This document shows, one piece after another, positions 38,369 to 44,761 of a stretch of 44,761 nt of DNA. Every line of letters starts with the position of its first letter. Within the stretch, counting starts at the first letter, position 1. A model generated the notes under the pieces. It saw nothing but the letters and a program-made list of their open reading frames with translations, was not told the origin of the DNA and searched no databases. Made by a program: the position numbers and the translations under genes. Location of the stretch: the NCBI GenBank assembly GCA_017849325.1, contig JAFIHR010000458.1, positions 1 to 44,761 on the forward strand, written 5' to 3'. The DNA is from Xanthobacter autotrophicus (lineage in GTDB: Bacteria; Pseudomonadota; Alphaproteobacteria; Rhizobiales; Xanthobacteraceae).

Positions 38369-38433
38369 GTTCAACAACGTTCATTTATGTTGAGCATACT
38401 CTATGTTCAACGACTTTCAAGGTTGTTGAACAT
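38367..38433. repeat. Two tandem 31-bp palindromes ATGTTCAAC-N13-GTTGARCAT
   Basis: Copies at 38367-38397 and 38403-38433 with identical 13-bp spacer length. The first overlaps the start codon of the nucleotidyltransferase gene. Confidence 0.85.
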
Positions 38434-38616
38434 GCAAGTCTGGAAACGGGAAAGCAGGCTAGCGAAAGGCTCCCGACGCTGCCACTTGTCCGAAGGTGGC
38501 CAATCTCGGCCAACGAATGACAGGGGCGCATCACCTGACGAACAAGATCTTCCACGAAGATTCGGAAGCCCGTCCCCGATTCATTCAGCGCTGATGGGCG
38601 GCAACTCCCACATCCA

Positions 38617-39338
38617 TCACGTCTCGGCCAGACGATAACCCACGCCCGGCTCGGTGATGATGAAGCGCGGGTTCGCGGCATCGTCTCCCAGCTTGTCGCG
38701 GATGTGGCCAATGGCGATGCGCAGATAATGGGTGTCGCCTGCATGGGCCGGTCCCGCACGGTCTCAAGGAACTGGCGGTGAGCAACCAGCCGTCCTGGAC
38801 AGCGCGCCAGCAGTGCCAGCACGTCGAACTCCTTGCGGGTGAGCTTCACCTCGTGGCCATCCACGCGCACCGTCCGGCTGGCAAAGTTCACGCTCAAGGC
38901 GCCGATCGCCTGCCCGGCGGGCTCGACGGACCGGTCGAGCCGGTTGCGCAGCAGCGCGCGCAGGCGCGCCAAAAGCTCGCCGGTGGCGAAGGGCTTGGTG
39001 ACGTAGTCGTCCGCGCCCGCGTCGAGGGCGGCGATCTTCTCGGCCTCCGCGTCGCGCACCGAGAGCACCAGGATGGGCACCCGCGACCAGCCGCGGATGG
39101 TTGAGATCACCGCCTTTCCGTCCATGTCGGCGTTCTCCAGGATGTTGGTAAGCGCCTGGCCGATCAGCACGGGGTCGACGTCGAGCATCGGCAGGTCCCG
39201 GGGGATAGCCACGACCATCTCGTGGCCCGCCATGGTGCGGGCAAGGTCGCGCACCCGCCCCACGATCTCGCCCAGCTCCACCGGAGCGCGCTTGGGGCTG
39301 AGCGCCCCGTGGCCGAGGCGGGTCATGTCGAGAAGGTT
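38617..39338 (-). pseudogene. kdpE: kdpD'-'kdpE deletion-fusion remnant
   Basis: KdpD-like NLLDMTRL...DPVLIGQALTNILENA is joined in frame near 39130 to KdpE-like DMDGKAVI...KIAALDAGADDYVTKPF...LTRKEF. After a frameshift near 38760 it continues THYLRIAIGHIRDKLGDDAANPRFIITEPGVGYRL*. Confidence 0.8.
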
Positions 39339-39506
39339 CTAAGGCGAGCCCGCCCGGGATTGTCCCTTAGCCGGATAACGAGGTGCGTCCGGCCCAATGG
39401 TAGATTTCTCTCCGCCAACCAAGCCCACAACGTCCCGGTCCAGGCTCCCGTTCAGCGATTTTGAGCCGTGTGCGTACGCTGGGGCACGCCAGAATTGCCT
39501 TTGGCG

Positions 39507-39553
39507 TGCTTACTCTGCGCTTACCGGAATGTTCATGCTGAGCATAGTAAGCA
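39507..39553. repeat. GCTTAC direct pair (11-bp period) plus inverted GTAAGC; candidate integrase arm-type sites of the left island
   Basis: tgcttac at 39507, cgcttac at 39518 and gtaagca at 39547. Confidence 0.45.
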
Positions 39554-39557
39554 GAAA

Positions 39558-39573
39558 GCGCCCTAAAGGGCGC
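39558..39573 (-). terminator. Hairpin downstream of the tRNA 3' end
   Basis: Minus strand reads gcgccc-ttta-gggcgc followed by tttct. Confidence 0.55.
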
Positions 39574-39604
39574 CTACTAACTATCTAATTTTTCTGAGAG
39601 AAAC

Positions 39605-39649
39605 TGGAGCGGGCGAAGGGATTCGAACCCTCGACCCCAACCTTGGCAA
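39605..39649 (-). repeat. att site: 3' half of tRNA-Gly(GCC) (anticodon loop to CCA), not an intact tRNA
   Basis: Minus strand reads ttgccaa-ggttggggtc-gagggttcgaatcccttc-gcccgc-tcca. The sequence 5' of the anticodon loop does not form a D-arm or acceptor strand. Confidence 0.88.
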
Positions 39650-39768
39650 CTTTGGGCGGAGCCTGCGCTGCAACACGCTGTCGCACTAAAATATACTATT
39701 TATCATATGGTTATTGATTATCACATTACGACGACGTATCCTTTTTTGGCCCACGAAACTCGCGTTTC

Positions 39769-39815
39769 TGGAGACATTTTGGAGACAAAACCTCCTTGCC
39801 GGAGCTTTGTCTCCA
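39769..39815. repeat. TGGAGACA x2 direct (11-bp period) plus inverted TGTCTCCA; integrase arm-type sites
   Basis: Copies at 39769, 39780 and 39808 (inverted), just upstream of the integrase RBS. Another TGGAGACA lies at 41131. Confidence 0.7.
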
Positions 39816-39831
39816 GAAGGAGGATGCCGGC

Positions 39832-41103
39832 ATGCCGATCATCAAGCTGACGAAGAGGGCCGTTGACGCCTTCGCGCCACCTAATGCGGCCCAGATCATT
39901 CACTGGGACAGCGAAATCCGTGGCTTCGGCGTCCGGATCCTCAGGTCAGGCCTCAAGACCTTCGTGCTGCAGTACCGCAATGCAGAGGGGATCAAGCGCC
40001 GGACCAATCTCGGTCGCTACGGCGTCATGACCGTCGAGCAGGCACGCGAGAAAGCCAAGATCCAGCTCGGCATCGTCGCGGCTGGGGAAGACCCCGCCGA
40101 CGAAGCCCGCCAGGCCCGCAAGGGTATGACGGTTGCGGAAATGTGCGACTGGTATCTCACCGAAGCGCGAGCGGGAAACATCCTTGGCCGCAAGAACCGG
40201 CCGATCAAGGCGTCTTCACTGGACATGGATGAAAGCCGGATCAGGACGCACATCAAGCCGCTGCTTGGCAAGCGCATCGTCCGCCACCTGACGATCGCTG
40301 ACGTCGAGCAGATGCAGACCGATGTCAGGAACGGGAAGACCGCCAAGCCGCGCGCCGGCGGGCGCGGAGGCAAGGCTTCGGGCGGCGCTGGGGTGGCGGG
40401 ACGGTGCGTCGGAACCCTTCAGGCGATCATCGGCCATGCCAAGCACAAAGGCCTTCTCGCCGAGCACCCGACGAAGGGCGCGAAAAAGCTCACAGGCAAC
40501 AGGAAGAACCGGCGCCTGAGCGTGGCCGAGATCGAGGCTGTCGGCACCGCCATCGCTTATGCCGAACGCAATGGTGAAAATCAGACGGCTCTCGGCGTGA
40601 TGCGCCTGCTCCTGCTGACCGGCTACAGGCGCGAAGAAGCGCAGGCCATGCATCGCGCATGGGTCCATCCGGCCGGTGGCTACGTGGCCTTTCCCGACAC
40701 CAAGGGTGACGCACAAATCCGTGCGATCGGTCCGGCGGCAATCCGGGTCGTCGAAGCGCAGCCGATCATCACAGGCAACCCGCATGTGTTTCCTTCGGAC
40801 ATCACCGACGGGCCGTTCACGGCCGTCAGCTCATGCCTGGATCGAGTCTGCAAGCTTGCCGGCGTCAGCGGAGTAACGCCGCACACCCTTCGGCACACCT
40901 TCGGCAGTGTCGCTGGCGATCTCGGCTTCTCGGAACTGACGATCAAAGCGATGCTCGGGCACGCGTCACGAAGCGTCACCCAAGACTACGTCCACATTGA
41001 CGAAGCGCTGAAGCTCGCGGTGCGCATGACGTCGGACGAGATCGAGAGATTGCTCACCAAAGGCGCCGAAAGGTGCCCCGCAGTTCTGATGGCGGCAGAA
41101 TAG
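39832..41103 (+). CDS. Tyrosine recombinase/integrase with N-terminal arm-binding domain
   Basis: KLTKRAVD...WDSEIRGFGVR...KTFVLQYR; catalytic TGYRREE, HTLRH, LGH and TQDY. RBS aggagg. Confidence 0.94.
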   Translation: MPIIKLTKRAVDAFAPPNAAQIIHWDSEIRGFGVRILRSGLKTFVLQYRNAEGIKRRTNLGRYGVMTVEQAREKAKIQLGIVAAGEDPADEARQARKGMTVAEMCDWYLTEARAGNILGRKNRPIKASSLDMDESRIRTHIKPLLGKRIVRHLTIADVEQMQTDVRNGKTAKPRAGGRGGKASGGAGVAGRCVGTLQAIIGHAKHKGLLAEHPTKGAKKLTGNRKNRRLSVAEIEAVGTAIAYAERNGENQTALGVMRLLLLTGYRREEAQAMHRAWVHPAGGYVAFPDTKGDAQIRAIGPAAIRVVEAQPIITGNPHVFPSDITDGPFTAVSSCLDRVCKLAGVSGVTPHTLRHTFGSVAGDLGFSELTIKAMLGHASRSVTQDYVHIDEALKLAVRMTSDEIERLLTKGAERCPAVLMAAE

Positions 41104-41372
41104 TCGGCCTATGGCGATCGCCGGATTTCATGGAGACAGGCCCCCGGAAGAGGCCTGCTCGCGAGCAAGGGGAATGCGGGCGTGTTTCTCCTCGGTTTGA
41201 CTATCGTGGGCACCGCACAGCTGTGCTGAGATGCAAACGAGACGGGCGAGATGTTGATCCTCGCGCGCCACTTTCAGGCTCTGGCTGAACCCCTCCGGCA
41301 ACTCGACAGTGGTTCGTTAAGGACTTATATACACGACCGTGAGAGCATTATGGCTCTCCTCATGAGACCGTA

Positions 41373-41705
41373 ATGCGATCCACCGTCGTCGACACACTGC
41401 CGCCCAAGGTGAAGCGAGCCCTGGCCAAGCTGGGCGCGGACATCGCGCTCGCCCGCAAGAAGCGCAGCCTGACAACCATCATGATGGCCGAGCGGGTCGG
41501 GATCGCCAAAAGCACGTATCTGAAGATCGAGAAGGGCGACCCGACCGTCGCCATGGGCACCTACGCCATGACCTTCTTCGTCCTTGGCTTCGACGGCGCG
41601 CTCGGCGAGATCGTCGATCCGCGGCGTGACGACCAGGGGCTGTTGCTCGATGCCGAGCGCCTGCCGAAACGGGTGCGGGCGCGCAAGACGCCGCGACCGC
41701 TATGA
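41373..41705 (+). CDS. XRE/HTH protein, putative HipB-like antitoxin
   Basis: LGADIALARKKRSLT...MAERVGIAKSTYLKIEKGDPTV. ATGA overlap with hipA. Confidence 0.85.
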   Translation: MRSTVVDTLPPKVKRALAKLGADIALARKKRSLTTIMMAERVGIAKSTYLKIEKGDPTVAMGTYAMTFFVLGFDGALGEIVDPRRDDQGLLLDAERLPKRVRARKTPRPL

Positions 41706-42988
41706 GGCGCACCATTGCGATACGTCTCGGCGCAGAGGCAAGACCTCTCGGCGTCTTGCGCTACGACCAGCAGGGCGCACGCGAAAGCGCGACCTTCGAG
41801 TACGACGCGGCCTGGCTCGCGGCCGCCGATCGCTTCGCAATTGAGCCTGGACTGCCCCTCGTGGCCGGTCCTCAGTTCCACCGCAAGGTGCGCGATGGCT
41901 CGGTTTTCCACGCTGCCATCGCCGATACCGAGCCGGACGGCTGGGGCCGACGGGTGATCCAGCGCGATCACGCCAAGCGCCGCCAGGAGGCGCGCCGGGC
42001 GGGACAGGCGGTGGAGGCGCGGCCGCTCAACGCGATGGACTATCTCCTCGCGGTGGACGACGTCAGCCGCGTGGGCGCGCTACGGCTCCAGGACGAAGAT
42101 GGCCACTACCAGCGCTCGGTCGAGGACGGCCGCCGGACCACACCGCCGCTCATCGAGCTGGCGCAGCTTCTGGCCGCAACCCGTGCTGTCGAAACCAATA
42201 CGGAGACAGAGGCCGATCTCGCCTATCTCCGCGGCCGCGGCACGTCGCTCGGTGGGCTCCGCCCGAAATGCTCCGTTATCGACGAGCACGGACGGCTCTC
42301 GATCGGCAAATTCCCGAGCGTGACGGACGAGCGGGCAGTCACGAAAGGCGAGGTGCTTGCCTTGCGGCTGGCCCGGAAGGCCGGCATCGATGCTGCAGAA
42401 GCTCGCCTCATCGAAAGTGACGGTTCCCCTGTTGCCCTTATCCGGCGCTTCGATCGGACCGGCGATGGCGCCCGCCTCATGTATGTGTCAGCCGCTACCA
42501 TGCTTGGTGCCGAGCCTGGCGATCCAGGCGAGCACAGCTACACCGAACTGGTCGATGCGCTTCGACAGCACGGAAGCGAGCCCACTGCGGACATTGAAGA
42601 GCTTTGGCGCCGCATCGCCTTCTCGATCCTGATCACCAATGTGGATGATCACCTGCTCAACCACGGCTTCCTGCATGTCGATCGTGGCCAATGGAGGCTG
42701 GCTCCGGCGTTCGATGTGAACCCTTTCCCCGAGCGGGTACGTGAGTTGAAGACCTGGGTGTCCGAAGAGGCCGGCCCCGAGGCGAGCATCGACGCCCTGA
42801 TGTCGATCACGGCCTACTTTCGGATCGGGACTGCGCGCGCGAAGGCTATCCTCACCGAAGTGGAGGCGGCAGTCGCGACATGGCGCGAAGAAGGCCGGGC
42901 ACTCGGGATGACCAGCGAAGACCTCGCGAGCTTTGCCGACGCCTTCGAGCACGGTGAACGCCAAGCCGCAAAGCGGGTGCTGCAATGA
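41702..42988 (+). CDS. hipA: HipA-family kinase toxin
   Basis: SLGGLRPK (P-loop-like), RRFDR, NVDDHLLNHGF, LAPAFDVNP, and an N-terminal couple domain (FEYDAAW...PDGWGR). Confidence 0.88.
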   Translation: MRRTIAIRLGAEARPLGVLRYDQQGARESATFEYDAAWLAAADRFAIEPGLPLVAGPQFHRKVRDGSVFHAAIADTEPDGWGRRVIQRDHAKRRQEARRAGQAVEARPLNAMDYLLAVDDVSRVGALRLQDEDGHYQRSVEDGRRTTPPLIELAQLLAATRAVETNTETEADLAYLRGRGTSLGGLRPKCSVIDEHGRLSIGKFPSVTDERAVTKGEVLALRLARKAGIDAAEARLIESDGSPVALIRRFDRTGDGARLMYVSAATMLGAEPGDPGEHSYTELVDALRQHGSEPTADIEELWRRIAFSILITNVDDHLLNHGFLHVDRGQWRLAPAFDVNPFPERVRELKTWVSEEAGPEASIDALMSITAYFRIGTARAKAILTEVEAAVATWREEGRALGMTSEDLASFADAFEHGERQAAKRVLQ

Positions 42989-43099
42989 AGGCCGGCATGA
43001 CGCGTGCCGCTTTGTGCAGCCCACACGGTGGGCTCCGTCAGGAATGTTCATATTTTGTTCTCATCGTGCTAGAGTTCGAACTCGAGAGGCGACGCCAGC

Positions 43100-43837
43100 A
43101 TGGCTGATGGAAGCGCGATCGAGTGGACGGACGCGACGTGGAATCCGGTAACGGGCTGCACGAAGATCTCGCGTGGCTGCGATAATTGCTACGCGGAGCG
43201 CTTCTCGGAACGTTTCCGAGGCGTTCCAGGGCATCCGTTTTCGACGGGGTTCGACTTGACGTTGCGGCCTGAGCGGCTCGATCATCCGCTCAAATGGCGC
43301 AGGCCGCGGATGATCTTCGTCAACTCGATGAGTGACTTGTTCCATAAGCAGGTTCCCACGTCCTTCATCGACCAGGTGTTCGAGACGATGGAGGCGGCCG
43401 ACTGGCATGTCTTTCAGGTGCTTACGAAGCGCAGTTCCCTGATGCGCGATTATCTGCGTCGCCGCTACTGCGCTACGCCAGGGCCGAAGCACATCTGGTG
43501 CGGCGTGTCGGTTGAGGACGCGCAAGCAAAGGGGCGCATCGAGCATCTACGGGCGACCCCGGCTGGCGTGCGCTTCCTATCGATTGAGCCTTTAATCGGC
43601 GCCGTCGGACCAGTCGATCTGACGGGCATCGACTGGGTGATCGCCGGTGGCGAGTCGGGACCAGGGGCGCGGCCCCTCCACCTCGAGTGGGCGCGCGAGA
43701 TCCGCGACCAGTGCGTAGAGCAGAAGGTTGCGTTCTTTTTCAAACAGTGGGGCGGCATCCGTCCGAAGTCCGGCGGGCGCGAACTGGACGGCCGCGAGTG
43801 GAGCGAGTTTCCCGACCGCAAGGCGAGCGCCCTCTGA
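43100..43837 (+). CDS. DUF5131 (phage Gp37/Gp68) family radical-SAM-like protein
   Basis: IEWTDATWNPVTGCTKISRGCDNCYA (Cx6Cx2C), IFVNSMSDLFH, QVLTKR, FLSIEPL, WVIAGGESG, FFFKQWGG. Confidence 0.92.
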   Translation: MADGSAIEWTDATWNPVTGCTKISRGCDNCYAERFSERFRGVPGHPFSTGFDLTLRPERLDHPLKWRRPRMIFVNSMSDLFHKQVPTSFIDQVFETMEAADWHVFQVLTKRSSLMRDYLRRRYCATPGPKHIWCGVSVEDAQAKGRIEHLRATPAGVRFLSIEPLIGAVGPVDLTGIDWVIAGGESGPGARPLHLEWAREIRDQCVEQKVAFFFKQWGGIRPKSGGRELDGREWSEFPDRKASAL

Positions 43838-44751
43838 TGGCGGACCTGCCGGAGGTCGGGCCTTGGGTTAAGGAGAAGCTGGACGCCTTGGCGCGCTACC
43901 TCGACTTCTACACGACGGTCCTGAAGAACCAGCCATGGAGAACGATCTACCTCGACGCCTACGCGGGCGGCGGTCGGGCTGTCGTGCGGGCCGAGGAACG
44001 TGCGACTCATGGCGGACCGGACCTCTTCGGCCAAGAGCCGCCGATCGACACCGGTGCACAGGAGTTGATCGATGGATCTCCGCGGGTGGCGCTCAGGATC
44101 CCCAACGCTTTCAACCGTTATATTTTCGTCGACCCCGACCCGAACCGCGCCGTCGAGCTCGAAGCACTGAAGGCTGAGTTCGCGGGCGCTCGCACCATCA
44201 ATGTCCTCCAGGCTACGGCCGCCGAGGGCATCGCCTGGGTGACGGCGCAGCCGATCTCGCGCCGGACGCACCGCGGCATCGCCTTTCTCGACCCCTTCGG
44301 CGCCAAGCTCGACTGGGCGAGCATCCAGAAGCTCGCGGACACCGGCCTGTTCGAAGTGGTCGTCAACTTTGCGCTCAGCATGGCCATCCAGCGCATGCTG
44401 CCGAACTCGGGTGAGGTCCCCGAAAGCTGGGCTGCGACCCTAGACAGCTACTTCGGCAGCCGTGCCTGGTTCGATGAGGTCTATCAGCGACGGCAAGGCG
44501 GGCTCTTCGCGATGAACGGCCTCGAGAAACGACCAGACTACTCGGAGCGGCTGCTAGAGCTCTATCGCACCCGGCTGCAGTCAGCTTTCGGCCATGTCTC
44601 GACACCGCGCCTGATCCGGAATACCCGCGGCGCACCGCTCTACTACCTATTGTGGGCCGGTCCCAACAAAAAGGGCTTGGAAGGCGCGGACTATATCTTG
44701 ACCATGGGCGAACGTCTCAACCGACGGCAACGAGAGCGGGCGGCCAAGTGA
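43837..44751 (+). CDS. tcmP: Three-Cys-motif partner protein (TcmP), methyltransferase-like fold
   Basis: GPWVKEKLDAL..YL..Y, YLDAYAGGG, GSPRVAL, FLDPFG, PLYYLLWA. TGATG coupling to the DUF5131 gene. Confidence 0.85.
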   Translation: MADLPEVGPWVKEKLDALARYLDFYTTVLKNQPWRTIYLDAYAGGGRAVVRAEERATHGGPDLFGQEPPIDTGAQELIDGSPRVALRIPNAFNRYIFVDPDPNRAVELEALKAEFAGARTINVLQATAAEGIAWVTAQPISRRTHRGIAFLDPFGAKLDWASIQKLADTGLFEVVVNFALSMAIQRMLPNSGEVPESWAATLDSYFGSRAWFDEVYQRRQGGLFAMNGLEKRPDYSERLLELYRTRLQSAFGHVSTPRLIRNTRGAPLYYLLWAGPNKKGLEGADYILTMGERLNRRQRERAAK

Positions 44752-44761
44752 GCAGGCACTA

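Larger units (their letters stand above)
39650..44761. mobile_element. End of a tRNA-Gly-integrated genomic island (continues beyond the window)
   Basis: att fragment, arm-type repeats, adjacent tyrosine integrase, and toxin-antitoxin/defence-like cargo. Confidence 0.8.

Noticed and set aside
38385-39326. Novel 313-aa hybrid kinase-regulator
   Set aside because: It lacks the H box, G boxes and phospho-acceptor region and is frameshifted, so it is better explained as a kdpDE remnant.
39605-39649. Intact tRNA-Gly gene
   Set aside because: Only the anticodon loop to CCA is present. The upstream sequence cannot form the D-arm or the 5' acceptor strand, so it is treated as an att fragment.

Overview
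GC-rich alphaproteobacterial accessory DNA, apparently two tandem islands meeting at a tRNA-Gly(GCC) 3'-half att site (39605-39649). The left part (1-39600) is a patchwork of stress modules: Rrf2; MarR-VOC-EVE; a decayed AraC beside DUF1254/DUF1214 genes; an MFS transporter; two COG4705 membrane proteins with a CusR/CopR-like two-component system; and an RclR-like AraC with AhpD. It also holds a roughly 24-kb nitrate-respiration and nitrosative-stress block: narR, fused narK, narGHJI, PpiC, beta-carbonic anhydrase, moaA, nnrR/nnrS, two NsrR-like Rrf2 regulators, a group III truncated haemoglobin, a DsrC/TusE-like protein lacking the terminal Cys, and an HPP-CBS protein. No nir or nor gene is present in the window. 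It ends with a GSU2403-type nucleotidyltransferase and a kdpD/kdpE deletion-fusion remnant. The right part (from 39650) is the end of a tyrosine-integrase element carrying XRE-HipA and a DUF5131/TcmP pair. Two observations stand out. First, a globin-less flavohaemoglobin-type reductase is fused to a FixL-like His-containing PAS domain and sits behind a near-perfect NsrR-type box. Second, degenerate 28-bp (11-6-11) GTCCGC...GCGGAC sites cluster at module junctions, and one lies next to a tyrosine-recombinase C-terminal remnant at the point where a gene is truncated. All family assignments come from motif recognition by eye; no searches were run.
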